From assembly GCA_038042445.1 (NCBI GenBank), contig JBBTED010000048.1, forward strand, positions 1 through 64,000: a DNA stretch of 64,000 nucleotides, in the 5' to 3' direction. The position numbers and the translations under genes are program-made. Under the pieces are notes generated by a model. That model searched no databases and was not told the origin of the DNA. It saw only the letters and a list, made by a program, of their open reading frames with translations. Each line of letters starts with the position of its first letter. The first letter of the stretch is position 1. The stretch comes from Candidatus Firestoneibacteriota bacterium. Lineage in GTDB: Bacteria > Oederibacteriota > D2-FULL-39-29 > JBBTED01. Positions 19,781-30,517 of the stretch are shown here, one piece after another.

Positions 19781-21319
19781 ATGAATCGTGAAATTATAGC
19801 AGTTTTGGATTTGGGCTCACAATATACACAGCTTATTGCAAGACGTATACGTGAAAATAAGGTTTATTGTGAAATATTTCCATACAGTATTTCAATTGAT
19901 AAATTAAAAGAATTAAATCTTAAAGGAATTGTATTATCCGGAGGACCTGCAAGCGTATATGATAAAAATGCACCGCGAATATCAAAAGAAATTTTTTCTT
20001 TAAACGTTCCCATACTTGGAATCTGTTATGGATTACAACTACTTGCCTATATGTCTCAAGGAAAAGTAGAACGTGCCAAGAAACGTGAATATGGAGAAGC
20101 TATACTTACAATTAAATCTCATTCTGATATTTTTAAAGGATTAAAAAAACAAACATCTGTGTGGATGAGCCATGCAGACAAAATTGCAAAATTTCCAAAA
20201 TCCTTTGAAATAATTGCTTCAACACCAAATTGTTACATAGCAGCATTCAGAGATAAAATTCATAAGACTTATGGAGTCCAATTTCATCCTGAAGTTGTAC
20301 ACACAGTAGAAGGCAATAAAATAATAAAAAATTTTCTGGTGGAAATATGCAAATGCAAATTAGACTGGACAATACGTTCTTTTATAGATAACACAGTTTT
20401 TTCTATTAGAAACAAAGTTGGAAATGAAAAAATTTTATGCGGATTAAGCGGTGGCGTAGATTCTTCTGTTGCTGCACGACTTATTCATTTGGCAATTGGA
20501 AATAATTTAATATGTATATTTGTGGATAATGGATTATTACGCGAAGGCGAAGCAAAATCAGTTATTGAAACATTTAAGAATAATTTTAAAATGAATTTTC
20601 ATTATGTTGATGCAAGCAGACAGTTTTTGAAAAAACTTAAAGGTGTTACAGACCCAGAAGAAAAACGGAAAATAATAGGCCATGAATTTATATCTGTATT
20701 TAAAAAAGAAGCAAAAAAATTAGGGACGGTTCATTTTCTTGCGCAAGGAACGTTATATCCGGATGTTATTGAATCTATCTCCACAAAAGGTCCATCTGCC
20801 ACAATAAAATCACATCATAATGTTGGCGGACTCCCTTTAAAAATGTCGTTTAAATTAATTGAGCCTTTACGTGAGCTTTTTAAAGATGAAGTCCGGGTTA
20901 TTGGGAAAAATCTGAATTTGTCTGATGAAATCTTACAACGTCAGCCGTTTCCAGGCCCAGGTCTTGCAATAAGAATTATAGGTGAAATTACTGAAGAAAG
21001 ATTGAAAATTTTAAGACGAGCCGATTTAATAGTTTTAGAAGAAGTAAAAAATACCGGACTTTATAAAAAAATATGGCAGTCTTTCGCTGTTCTTTTGCCT
21101 GTAAAAACCGTAGGAGTTATGGGAGATGAAAGGACTTATGAAAATGTAATTGCAGTGCGTGCAGTTTCAAGCTTAGACGGTATGACTGCAGATTGGTCAC
21201 AACTCCCATATAAAGTGCTTGGATCCATATCCAATAGAATAATTAATGAGGTAAAAGGTGTAAATAGAGTAGTTTATGACATAAGCAGTAAACCACCCGC
21301 AACTATAGAATGGGAATAA
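19781..21319 (+). CDS. guaA: GMP synthase (glutamine-hydrolysing)
   Basis: GSQY, GICYG, QFHPEV, SGGVDSS and KPPATIEWE motifs. Confidence 0.98.
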   Translation: MNREIIAVLDLGSQYTQLIARRIRENKVYCEIFPYSISIDKLKELNLKGIVLSGGPASVYDKNAPRISKEIFSLNVPILGICYGLQLLAYMSQGKVERAKKREYGEAILTIKSHSDIFKGLKKQTSVWMSHADKIAKFPKSFEIIASTPNCYIAAFRDKIHKTYGVQFHPEVVHTVEGNKIIKNFLVEICKCKLDWTIRSFIDNTVFSIRNKVGNEKILCGLSGGVDSSVAARLIHLAIGNNLICIFVDNGLLREGEAKSVIETFKNNFKMNFHYVDASRQFLKKLKGVTDPEEKRKIIGHEFISVFKKEAKKLGTVHFLAQGTLYPDVIESISTKGPSATIKSHHNVGGLPLKMSFKLIEPLRELFKDEVRVIGKNLNLSDEILQRQPFPGPGLAIRIIGEITEERLKILRRADLIVLEEVKNTGLYKKIWQSFAVLLPVKTVGVMGDERTYENVIAVRAVSSLDGMTADWSQLPYKVLGSISNRIINEVKGVNRVVYDISSKPPATIEWE

Positions 21320-21323
21320 TACC

Positions 21324-21374
21324 GTAGGCGCGAATTTACTCGCCCGATAAATGGGCAGGTAAACCTGCCCCTAC
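21324..21374. repeat. REPIN (divergent arms)
   Basis: GTAGGCGCGAA-TTTA-CTCGCCC, and on the minus strand GTAG-GGGCAGG-TTTA-CCTGCCC. Confidence 0.8.
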
Positions 21375-21384
21375 AATTATTAAT

Positions 21385-24300
21385 ATGGAACATACTGATT
21401 TCGTACATTTACATAATCATACACAATACAGTTTGTTAGATGGTGCATTACGGCTATCTAACTTAATGAAAAGGGCACACGAATTAAAAATGCCTGCAAT
21501 TTCTATTACTGACCATGGAAATATGTTTGGTGTAATAGAATTTTATGATATTGCTTCACGTCATGGAATTAAACCAATAATCGGCTGCGAAGTTTATGTT
21601 GCTCCGGAATCCAGATTTGACAGAAGTTCATTACACGGAATTTCTGATGCATCTTATCATCTGGTCCTGCTTGCAAAAGATTTAACCGGATATAAAAATC
21701 TGCTTGAACTCGTAAGCGCCGGATACCTTCAGGGTTTTTATTACAGACCAAGAATTGATAAAGAATTATTAATGCGGCATAAAGATGGGCTTATAGGTCT
21801 AAGCGCCTGCCTTAAAGGAGAAGTTTCATCTTTACTGTTAAAAGGCGAAAAACAAAAAGCAAAAGATATTGCAAAAGAATTTGAAGATATACTTGGAAAA
21901 GGCAATTTTTACCTTGAACTTATGGATCATGGAATTGAAGAACAAATAAAAGTAAATTCCGAAATCATTAAAATTTCAAAAGAACTTGACATTCCATTAG
22001 TTGCAACAAATGATTGTCATTATTTAAATCGCGAAGACTCCAAAGCGCATGAAGTATTACTATGTATCCAAACTGGAAAAACTTTAGAAGATAAAACACA
22101 TATGAAATTTTCTACTGAAGAATTTTATTTCAAGACTCCGCAGGAAATGAAAACCCTATTCGCAGAAGTTCCATCTGCAATAAAAAACACAATTGTTATA
22201 GCCCAACATTGCAATCTTGAATTAAAATTTGATACTTTCTATCTACCTAAATATGACTTGCCATCTGAACACACAGATATAGATGAATATCTTGAAAAAT
22301 TATGCCGTGATGGTTTAAAAAAACACTTTCCTCAAAATACTTCACAAGAAGTAGAAAATAGATTAAAACATGAATTAGAAGTTGTAAAAAATGCCGGATT
22401 TTCCGGATACTTTCTTATTGTGTGGGACTTCATAAATTTTGCTAAGAAAAGTAATATAATGGTTGGTCCTGGCAGAGGTTCTGCTGCAGGCAGTATAATA
22501 TCATATCTATTGGAAATAACTGAAATAAATCCATTGAAATATGGTTTATTTTTTGAAAGGTTTTTAAATCCTGACCGTATACAACCACCTGATATTGATA
22601 TAGATTTCTCTGATAGAAGAAGAGCAGAAGTTCTTGATTATGTTACACAAAAATATGGGAGAGAAAATGTTGCACAAATTATAACATTTGGAAAACTTCA
22701 GGCAAGACTCGCTGTCCGTGATGTAGGCAGAGTAATTGGAATGCCTTATGCTGAAGTAGGCAAAATTGCCAAATTGATTCCAGCAGATCCTAAAATAACA
22801 ATTGAAAAAGCACTAAAATCGTCTCCGGAATTTGCTGAAATTGCAAAAGAGGAAAAAGTCAAAAACCTTCTTTTAATTGCTCAATCTTTAGAAGGACTCT
22901 TAAGACATGCATCCACCCATGCTTCCGGAGTTGTAATTGCAAGAGAAAATCTTCTTAATTATGTTCCACTTTATAAAGACACGGGTGAATCAGAAATAAG
23001 CACACAATATGATATGCAATGTTTATCAAGAATTGGGTTACTCAAAATGGATTTTTTGGGATTAAGAACTTTAACTACAATAGAAGAAACTATAAAAATT
23101 GTTAAAGACAGGCATAATAAAGTTATAACACTTTCCAATATTCCATTAGATGATTTAAATACTTTCAAACTATTTTGCAATGCTCAAACTTTAGGTGTTT
23201 TTCAATTAGAAAGCCCTGGGATGCGAGATCTTCTACGTAAATTCAAACCGCAAAATATTCATGACATAATGGCTGTTGTTGCATTATTCAGACCAGGACC
23301 TATGAAAATAATAGATGATTATGTAAAACGAAGACATGGAGTTATTCCTGTAAAATATGATCATCCGCTTTTAAAAGATATTCTTGAAGAAACTTATGGC
23401 ACTATAGTTTATCAAGAACAGGTAATGCAAATAGCTGTAACACTTGGTGGCTTTACAATGGGTCAGGCAGATCTGTTAAGAAGCGCTATGTCAAAAAAGA
23501 AAATGCTGATTCTTGAAAAACAAAGAGATTTATTTGTTGCAGGCGCAAAAAAGAAGAAAATTTCACAAGAAACCGCTGAACATATTTATGATATGATGGC
23601 TGAATTTGGCGAATATGGTTTTAATAAATCTCATAGCGCTGCATACTCGCTTGTTACATACCAAACTGCATATTTAAAAGCAAATTACACTATAGAATTT
23701 ATGGCTGCATTGCTTACATCTGAAACAGGAAACCCGGAAAAAGTTTCTTCTTATATTGCTGAATGTAAAAAAATGGGAATAACTGTATTGCCGCCTGATA
23801 TAAATGAAAGCTTTGCTAATTTTACTGTCCTTGATAACAGCAAAATAAGATTTGGACTTGCAGCTATAAAAAATGTAGGATTATTGGCAATAGAATCTAT
23901 TGTCCATGCACGATCCGAAAAAAGATTTACATCACTTCTGGATTTTTGCGAAAGAATAGATACCAGACTTGTAAACAAAAGGGTTGTAGAAAGTTTTATT
24001 AAATCTGGTTGTTTTGATTCTTTTGGATTAAAACGTTCGCAACTTATAAAAATAGCAGACGAAGTTTTAGAAATTGCACAACTCTCCCAACAGGATAAAG
24101 CTAATAGACAAATATCTCTACTTGATGGTACAAATCAAACTGCAAAAAAAATATCCATTCCGGATTTAGAAGAATATCCTGAAAACAGGATTTTGGCATT
24201 TGAAAAAGAATTGCTCGGAGTATATGTATCAGGCCATCCTCTTGCTGTTTATGAACTTGAGATGAAAAGATATACAAATACATCAAGTTTAACTATAAAA

Positions 24301-24813
24301 GATTTTAACAATGGAAAAACTGCCTGCATTGGAGGTATTGTAGAAAATATTGTTCGCAAAATATCAAAACGCGGAGAAACATGGGCAATAGTTACAATAG
24401 AAGACCTTGAAGGTTCAATTGAGGTTTTAGTATTTTCAAAATTATATGAAAAATTTGTATCTATTTTGAGAAAAGAAGCTATATTTTTTGTTAAAGGAAA
24501 AGTTGATTCAGAAAGAGATCAGCCAAGAATGATTGCAGATGACTTTATACCTATTGAAGAAGCAAAAGAAAAGCTTGCAACATCTTTGCATATAAAACTT
24601 ATGACACTAGGTTTGGAAGAATTTACTCTTGTAGATATTAAAAAAACTTTAGAGCAATTTCCAGGCAGATGTTCTGTATTTTTACATTTTATGGAATCTC
24701 CTGATAAAGAAATATCTACAATGGAAATTCCAATAAAAGTAGCACCATTAGATGAGCTTATATCACAAATTGAAAAATCACTTGGCGAAAATTCTATCTG
24801 GCTTAGCAGCTAA
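21385..24813 (+). CDS. dnaE: DNA polymerase III alpha subunit
   Basis: PHP HLHNHTQYSLLDG, GPGRGSAAGS, PDIDIDF, KMDFLGL, FNKSHS and OB fold; no intein seen. Confidence 0.98.
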   Translation: MEHTDFVHLHNHTQYSLLDGALRLSNLMKRAHELKMPAISITDHGNMFGVIEFYDIASRHGIKPIIGCEVYVAPESRFDRSSLHGISDASYHLVLLAKDLTGYKNLLELVSAGYLQGFYYRPRIDKELLMRHKDGLIGLSACLKGEVSSLLLKGEKQKAKDIAKEFEDILGKGNFYLELMDHGIEEQIKVNSEIIKISKELDIPLVATNDCHYLNREDSKAHEVLLCIQTGKTLEDKTHMKFSTEEFYFKTPQEMKTLFAEVPSAIKNTIVIAQHCNLELKFDTFYLPKYDLPSEHTDIDEYLEKLCRDGLKKHFPQNTSQEVENRLKHELEVVKNAGFSGYFLIVWDFINFAKKSNIMVGPGRGSAAGSIISYLLEITEINPLKYGLFFERFLNPDRIQPPDIDIDFSDRRRAEVLDYVTQKYGRENVAQIITFGKLQARLAVRDVGRVIGMPYAEVGKIAKLIPADPKITIEKALKSSPEFAEIAKEEKVKNLLLIAQSLEGLLRHASTHASGVVIARENLLNYVPLYKDTGESEISTQYDMQCLSRIGLLKMDFLGLRTLTTIEETIKIVKDRHNKVITLSNIPLDDLNTFKLFCNAQTLGVFQLESPGMRDLLRKFKPQNIHDIMAVVALFRPGPMKIIDDYVKRRHGVIPVKYDHPLLKDILEETYGTIVYQEQVMQIAVTLGGFTMGQADLLRSAMSKKKMLILEKQRDLFVAGAKKKKISQETAEHIYDMMAEFGEYGFNKSHSAAYSLVTYQTAYLKANYTIEFMAALLTSETGNPEKVSSYIAECKKMGITVLPPDINESFANFTVLDNSKIRFGLAAIKNVGLLAIESIVHARSEKRFTSLLDFCERIDTRLVNKRVVESFIKSGCFDSFGLKRSQLIKIADEVLEIAQLSQQDKANRQISLLDGTNQTAKKISIPDLEEYPENRILAFEKELLGVYVSGHPLAVYELEMKRYTNTSSLTIKDFNNGKTACIGGIVENIVRKISKRGETWAIVTIEDLEGSIEVLVFSKLYEKFVSILRKEAIFFVKGKVDSERDQPRMIADDFIPIEEAKEKLATSLHIKLMTLGLEEFTLVDIKKTLEQFPGRCSVFLHFMESPDKEISTMEIPIKVAPLDELISQIEKSLGENSIWLSS

Positions 24814-24817
24814 AATA

Positions 24818-26872
24818 GTGAAATCACGTACCATCCGCCTCAAATGGACTGGTACGTGGGTAATTGTCTGGATTTTCATTTTTATCACCTTAGCATTTGT
24901 AAATGCGCAGGAAAAACAAGAACCTCAGCCTGTGCTTTGTACCGGTGATTATGTAGAATACCAGCAAGACGAAAATATACTTTATGGCAAAGGGAATATT
25001 ACACTCAAACATAAAGGATTAATTTTGAAAGCTGATGAAGTCAACTATAATTCAAAAACCGGCGAAGTAGATGCAAAAGGAAATATAATTTTAACAGAAA
25101 ATGATAATGAAATTCATGGAACATCTGCTTTGTATAATTTAAATAAAAAAAGCGGTGTAATTAAAGATGCAAACTTTTATAAAAAACCCTGGAATTTTAA
25201 AGGAGAAACTATAAATAAAACAAATGAGAAAGATGTATTTTTAAATAGTGGATATGGAACAACTTGTATTTATAAAGATAGTCCGCATTACAAACTTACA
25301 GCAAACGAAATTCATATAGAAATGGATGAATCCATTGAAGCATGGTGGACTTTATTTTATGTAGAAGGAATACCTATAATGATTATTCCCTATTTTTACC
25401 GGTCTTTAAGAGATAACAGAAATCCATTTACAATTAAACCAGGATATAGTGAAGATGAAGGATGGTCAGTCAGAACTGCATATAATTACTGGTTTGCAGA
25501 TTATGCATGGGGCGCAATATATAATGACTATATCGCAAATAAAGGATATGGCAAGGGCACAGATTATCATTATTCTCTTGATAATGATTATATGACCGGA
25601 TATTTTTATATTTACCACATAAGAGAAAAAGAACAGACAAACCAACCTACACCTACTGGGCCAAAAGACAGATTACGCGTAGACATAGAACATAGCCAAT
25701 ATTTAACTCAAGAAAGAGATATAAATATAACAGCAAAAGGAAATTATTTTAGTGACAGTTCAATGGTGAATAACTATTCCACAATATCTCCTATAATGAT
25801 GCAAGAAATAAATTCCTATGTAGCACTTTCAAAGCGATATACACAAGCAGGGCTTTTTGTAAGTGTAGATAGAAATGACTTATGGGAAACTGATAGATAT
25901 GTCATAAACAGACAGGAACTTCCAAAAGCTACGCTTGATTTAGGCCCATTTGTATTGGATGACACTAATATATACTATGGCTTATCTACAACTACACTTA
26001 ATAGATATATCCGTACAAATGATTATTATGTTTTTTCCTTAGACGCATCGCCTAATCTTACACATAGTTTTAATTTAACATATAGAACCACTCTTACAGA
26101 AAATATAACTTTCAAAGAAACCTGGCAGGATCTACCTGACAAAAATCAGGATAATAAAGGTTTCACAAGTTCTTATACTACTTTTGTTAATTTACATCAT
26201 ATATGGAATCAGGTATTTTCTACAGATTTAAGACACAGTCTTGCACAAAGATTAACTCGCATAGAAAGTGATGAAAACCGTGGAGTAATATCAAACAGAA
26301 TAGATGGTGCAGGGCATTATATGTTTTATCCATTTGTGTCTTTAGATATAAGCACAGGTTACGACCTGTTTTCAAGAAATTCTACCCAAGCTGAAAGATT
26401 TTATCCTATAACAGGAGATCTTCGTGCTACTCCGCATGAAAATGTTGATTATTATTTAAATACAAGTTATAATCTTGCACTAAAGAAAATAGCAAACGCT
26501 GATACTTATATTGATATCGGCAGATACAGACCATGGTCAATTAAAGTAGGAGTGAATTATATTGCAGCAGGTCCTTATGATAGCCGCAACAACGTAGATT
26601 TAAACTTAAGATTAGGAATAGCATTAGGTCAACCATTCCGGGTAATACTTGAGTGGAAATATGATACTTACACTGCTATTTTCAAAGAACAAAAATATAT
26701 GATACACATAGATATAACTGATTGTTGGGAACTTGAACTTTCAATGACAAATTGGGGTGATTCCACTAATCCCCTGAATAGTAGAAGTCAATTCTGGTTT
26801 GCGTTAAATTTAAGAGCATTTGCTGGCCAAAGCACTGGAGGTTCTTCAAGCCTTAGCCCATTTAGTTATTAA
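24818..26872 (+). CDS. lptD: LPS-assembly protein LptD-like (OstA domain plus beta-barrel)
   Basis: Signal-like N-terminus, beta-jellyroll (ADEVNYN..TG..A.GN), TTC...PHY.L.A, and DCW near the C-terminus. Start moved to in-frame GTG 24818 after the dnaE stop. Confidence 0.75.
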   Translation: MKSRTIRLKWTGTWVIVWIFIFITLAFVNAQEKQEPQPVLCTGDYVEYQQDENILYGKGNITLKHKGLILKADEVNYNSKTGEVDAKGNIILTENDNEIHGTSALYNLNKKSGVIKDANFYKKPWNFKGETINKTNEKDVFLNSGYGTTCIYKDSPHYKLTANEIHIEMDESIEAWWTLFYVEGIPIMIIPYFYRSLRDNRNPFTIKPGYSEDEGWSVRTAYNYWFADYAWGAIYNDYIANKGYGKGTDYHYSLDNDYMTGYFYIYHIREKEQTNQPTPTGPKDRLRVDIEHSQYLTQERDINITAKGNYFSDSSMVNNYSTISPIMMQEINSYVALSKRYTQAGLFVSVDRNDLWETDRYVINRQELPKATLDLGPFVLDDTNIYYGLSTTTLNRYIRTNDYYVFSLDASPNLTHSFNLTYRTTLTENITFKETWQDLPDKNQDNKGFTSSYTTFVNLHHIWNQVFSTDLRHSLAQRLTRIESDENRGVISNRIDGAGHYMFYPFVSLDISTGYDLFSRNSTQAERFYPITGDLRATPHENVDYYLNTSYNLALKKIANADTYIDIGRYRPWSIKVGVNYIAAGPYDSRNNVDLNLRLGIALGQPFRVILEWKYDTYTAIFKEQKYMIHIDITDCWELELSMTNWGDSTNPLNSRSQFWFALNLRAFAGQSTGGSSSLSPFSY

Positions 26873-26969
26873 TATGAGACTGTCCAACAAACTTCAATTT
26901 GGGCATTTTTTTTAAAAAAATCTTTAACAATTTAGGATTTTCTGCTATTGTATTAAACATAATAATTTT

Positions 26970-27827
26970 ATGTCAACCACCCACAAACTTATAATTGGCA
27001 ATTGTATGAGTATGGAAGAAATTCCGAATGAAAGTGTCCATTTGATGATTACTTCACCACCATACTTTAATGCACCTTTTGACTATAAAGGATTATTCAA
27101 AGATTATGAGCAGTATCTTGACGTGTTAAAAAATTTTGCTCAGGAAACTTTTAGAGTTTTACAAGACGGAAGAATTGCTGTGTTAAATATTGATGATATG
27201 TTGATAGATGGCGAAAAATTCCCGATTGTTGCTGACGCAACAAAAATTTTTCAAGAAGTCGGATTTAGATATAGAGACAGGATTGTTTGGAAAAAACCTG
27301 ATGGCTATTTGAGAATTAGCCGCCGTAGTGGAGTAATGCTTCAAAATCCTTATCCAATGTATTTTTATCCTGATAATTTATTGGAAAGCATTATTATTTT
27401 TCAAAAAGGCAAATTCAACTATCGCTCAATTTCAAAGGAAGTTCGCGAAACTTCAAAAGTTGATACAAAGGAATTTTTAAGCAAAAAATGGTATATGACG
27501 CTTTGGGAAATAAATAATGTAATGCCAGGTTCTCTGTTGGAAAAGGACATTGCGGCTTTTCCTGGAGAATTGCCATATCGCGCAATTAAACTTTTTTCCT
27601 ACAAGGGTGAAATTGTATTGGATCCATTTGCCGGTAGCGGCACAACGATGAAAAAAGCTCGTGAATTAGAAAGAAATAGTATTGGTATTGAAATAAAAAA
27701 ATTGCTGGTTCCAGTGATTAAAAAAAAATTGGGTTTTGACGGCGCCCAAAATGACTTTTTCGCCGACCAAAACGACAAATTAGAAATTATCAATCGTAAA
27801 GCAGGGAAATATGGACCTATTAGCTAA
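26970..27827 (+). CDS. Type II DNA methyltransferase, beta class (probably N4-cytosine)
   Basis: ITSPPY motif IV ahead of VLDPFAGSGTT motif I. Confidence 0.9.
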   Translation: MSTTHKLIIGNCMSMEEIPNESVHLMITSPPYFNAPFDYKGLFKDYEQYLDVLKNFAQETFRVLQDGRIAVLNIDDMLIDGEKFPIVADATKIFQEVGFRYRDRIVWKKPDGYLRISRRSGVMLQNPYPMYFYPDNLLESIIIFQKGKFNYRSISKEVRETSKVDTKEFLSKKWYMTLWEINNVMPGSLLEKDIAAFPGELPYRAIKLFSYKGEIVLDPFAGSGTTMKKARELERNSIGIEIKKLLVPVIKKKLGFDGAQNDFFADQNDKLEIINRKAGKYGPIS

Positions 27828-28857
27828 AATTAAGGGTATAAAATATACTCCACTTCTTTGCCGAGATTTAGAAGTTTTTGACTTCAAGGATTTAAAAATA
27901 TCTTTGGATTCTTGTGCTTCTTTTATCCTTAATATCAATAAAGAAAACAAAATTGCTATAAGTTGGTGGGTTTCAGCTAAACGCACTCGTTCCTATCCTT
28001 ACGCTAGAGTTTATGATACTTTAGGTTTTTCCGGTAAAAAGATAACAATAATTCCAGTTGTTAAAGATGAAGGAAAAGAAGGCGACAGAGATTTTTTACA
28101 ATGGGACACAATTTCATTGATGAGTTTGTTAGGCGTTTATGTAATTATTGCCTATTACAACGACGCCGAAAGAAGCAAAAAATACAGACACAAAATTACA
28201 AACCAACGTTTTGATATTGATTATATTAGAGAACAAATTAAAAATATTCTTTCTTACCAATCAGACGCCTTGCATTGGAATCTTGTTCATGTTAACAGGA
28301 TTGGACAAATTGGACAAAAATCATTGGAATCTTATGCTAAAATTTCTAAAAAATTAAAAGTCGAAATGCACTCAAGTCAATCTGTAGAAAAAAGAATTGC
28401 CGAACTTTTGAAAGGTAAAGATAATTTTATGAAATTATCTCGAATGTTGGCAGAAAAAGCCCAAAGGCGAGAACAATTAACCGTGCAACCAAAAGAAAAA
28501 TTATCGGGAACAAAAGCGATAATTACAATACGAAATTATTTGGGTGGATATTATTATTTCACTTCGGACGAAACCGAAGTGAAAGGAAATAATATCTTTT
28601 TAATTGAGAGCAAGCATAGCAAAATTAATCCTTTGCCATCTTTGGAAGATATAAAAGACGGGTTAGTAAAAATGATTTTATTTTCCAATCTTGAATATTT
28701 AAAAATGAATGGCAGAAATTATAATCCAATAGCAGTATTAAAACTAACTGTTGAAGACACTTTTGATGTAAATAGTCTGAACAAAACTCAAAAAGAAACA
28801 TTACATCTGCTTAGCAAAGAAGCAAAACAAAATGGATTTAATGTACGAATTTTATGA
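27811..28857 (+). CDS. Probable type II restriction endonuclease
   Basis: Overlaps the methyltransferase gene by 17 nt; C-terminal D...LIESKHS (PD-(D/E)XK-like). Specificity unknown. Confidence 0.65.
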   Translation: MDLLAKIKGIKYTPLLCRDLEVFDFKDLKISLDSCASFILNINKENKIAISWWVSAKRTRSYPYARVYDTLGFSGKKITIIPVVKDEGKEGDRDFLQWDTISLMSLLGVYVIIAYYNDAERSKKYRHKITNQRFDIDYIREQIKNILSYQSDALHWNLVHVNRIGQIGQKSLESYAKISKKLKVEMHSSQSVEKRIAELLKGKDNFMKLSRMLAEKAQRREQLTVQPKEKLSGTKAIITIRNYLGGYYYFTSDETEVKGNNIFLIESKHSKINPLPSLEDIKDGLVKMILFSNLEYLKMNGRNYNPIAVLKLTVEDTFDVNSLNKTQKETLHLLSKEAKQNGFNVRIL

Positions 28858-28895
28858 GTATATCATTATGTAGAAAAAGAGATTTATTTCGAATC

Positions 28896-29606
28896 GTGAA
28901 AAATATAATATTTTTTGTTTTCTTTATAGGTTTTGCGAATGCCCAAACCATTGATTCTATTAAGCCAAAAGGATATATTTCTGATTTCGCAGGTGTTATA
29001 GACCAGGAATCCTATCAAAAAATAAATAATCTTATTATAGAAGTAGAACAAAAAACAAGTGCTGAAATATCAGTTGTAACTATTAAAAATCTTGAAGACT
29101 ATCCAATTGAAGATTTTGCAGTAAAACTATTTGAAAAATTTGGCATAGGCAAAAAAGACAAAAATAATGGAGTATTAATACTTTCATCCATTGAATCAAA
29201 AAAAATGAGGATTGAAGTTGGATATGGACTTGAACCAATACTCCCAGATAGTCTTTGTGGTGAAATTTTAGACAAATATGTTATCCCAGATTTCAAGCAA
29301 AACAATTATGGCTCTGGATTGCTTACAGGAGTTTCTGTCCTTGCCAGTATTATTGCAAAAGATGCAAATGTTGAATTAACCGGAATTGTAATACCACCAT
29401 CTTCAAAACCAAGCACTGCAAAAACAATTTTAAATATTATTGTTTTTGTTGTATTGCTTATTGTATTTATTCGCCACCCATTTTTATTCTTGCTTTTATT
29501 ATCAGGTGGAGGCAGAGGCGGTGGATTCAGTAGTGGTGGATTTGGTGGTGGAGGCGGATTTGGCGGTGGAATGAGCGGAGGCGGAGGCGCCTCAAGAGGC
29601 TGGTAG
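28896..29606 (+). CDS. TPM-domain (YgcG-like) membrane protein with a Gly-rich tail
   Basis: GIGKKDKNNGVLIL, RIEVGYGLE, one TM, GFGGGMSGGGGASRGW. In-frame GTG 28896 gives a clean signal peptide. Confidence 0.9.
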   Translation: MKNIIFFVFFIGFANAQTIDSIKPKGYISDFAGVIDQESYQKINNLIIEVEQKTSAEISVVTIKNLEDYPIEDFAVKLFEKFGIGKKDKNNGVLILSSIESKKMRIEVGYGLEPILPDSLCGEILDKYVIPDFKQNNYGSGLLTGVSVLASIIAKDANVELTGIVIPPSSKPSTAKTILNIIVFVVLLIVFIRHPFLFLLLLSGGGRGGGFSSGGFGGGGGFGGGMSGGGGASRGW

Positions 29607-29628
29607 GAAAATCAATTACCTGTTCTAT

Positions 29629-29682
29629 GTAGGGCAAGGCTTTAGCCTTGCAAAAACAAGCAAACCTGAAGGTTTGCCCTAC
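29629..29682. repeat. REPIN
   Basis: GTAGG-GCAAGGC-TTTA-GCCTTGC, and on the minus strand GTAGG-GCAAACC-TTCA-GGTTTGC. Confidence 0.85.
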
Positions 29683-29717
29683 CTAATTTAAAAATTATTA
29701 AAGGAGGTTACTTTATT

Positions 29718-30425
29718 ATGACAAATAAATTAAACTTATTCGTAGATACTGCAAAAAAAGTCTGTGGCGGAAATTTGAAATCAGTTATCCTTTATGGTTC
29801 CAGAGCAAGTGATGAAGCAGTTGAAAAATATTCTGACTATAACTTACTTATAATTCTAAATGAAATCAAGTTTTCTAATTTAAAAATTATTGCCCCAGCA
29901 ATACAAAAATGGATAAAAACCAATAATACATCGCCTTTACTTTTCACAATGAAAAATTTTTTAAATTCTTCTGATGTGTTTCCTATAGAATTTTTAGAAA
30001 TGAAACTTCACCATAAAATACTATATGGAGATAATCCCTTTGAAAAATTAAGTATAGAGCTTGCTAATTTGCGTCATGAATGTGAATTTGAATTAAAGGG
30101 TAAATTCCTTAAATTACAACAAGCATATATATTAACAGGTGGCAAAGAAAATAAAGTTAAAGAATTACTTGTAGATTCAATTTCTACATTTTTAATTTTA
30201 TTTCGTGCTGTTATTTGTCTCACAGGTAAAACTCCACCGCCAAAAAGACTTGATGTCCTTACAAAGATTTCCGAATTCATAAATATAAACACTAAACCAT
30301 TTGTATCATTACTTGAGATAAAAGAAACCCCAAAATTAGCAAAAAAATTTAATATAGAAATTATTTTTGAAGAATACATAAAAGAGATTGAAAAAGTAAT
30401 AGATTTCGTGGATAATTATAATTAG
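29718..30425 (+). CDS. Nucleotidyltransferase-fold (Pol beta-like) protein
   Basis: SVILYGSRA.....SDYNLLII, DVFPIEF and a helical C-terminus; SD AAGGAGGT. Confidence 0.75.
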   Translation: MTNKLNLFVDTAKKVCGGNLKSVILYGSRASDEAVEKYSDYNLLIILNEIKFSNLKIIAPAIQKWIKTNNTSPLLFTMKNFLNSSDVFPIEFLEMKLHHKILYGDNPFEKLSIELANLRHECEFELKGKFLKLQQAYILTGGKENKVKELLVDSISTFLILFRAVICLTGKTPPPKRLDVLTKISEFININTKPFVSLLEIKETPKLAKKFNIEIIFEEYIKEIEKVIDFVDNYN

Positions 30426-30499
30426 TTCTAAGTGTATAAGTGCATAAGTTCTAAGTATTTATAAAACTTAGAACCTAGAACTTCGGCACATAGAACATA
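30423..30499. repeat. Inverted array of degenerate 7-8 bp tandem repeats
   Basis: tagttc/taagtgta/taagtgca/taagttc/taagt followed by acttaga/acctaga/acttcggc/acataga; AGTTCTAAGT pairs with ACTTAGAAC. Confidence 0.6.
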
Positions 30500-30517
30500 T
30501 TAAAGGAGGCAACAAAA

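Noticed and set aside
21385..24813. Intein or split in dnaE
   Set aside because: Length and motif order are those of an uninterrupted DnaE.
29505..29600. GC-rich GGN repeat tract
   Set aside because: It encodes the normal Gly-rich tail of TPM-family proteins.
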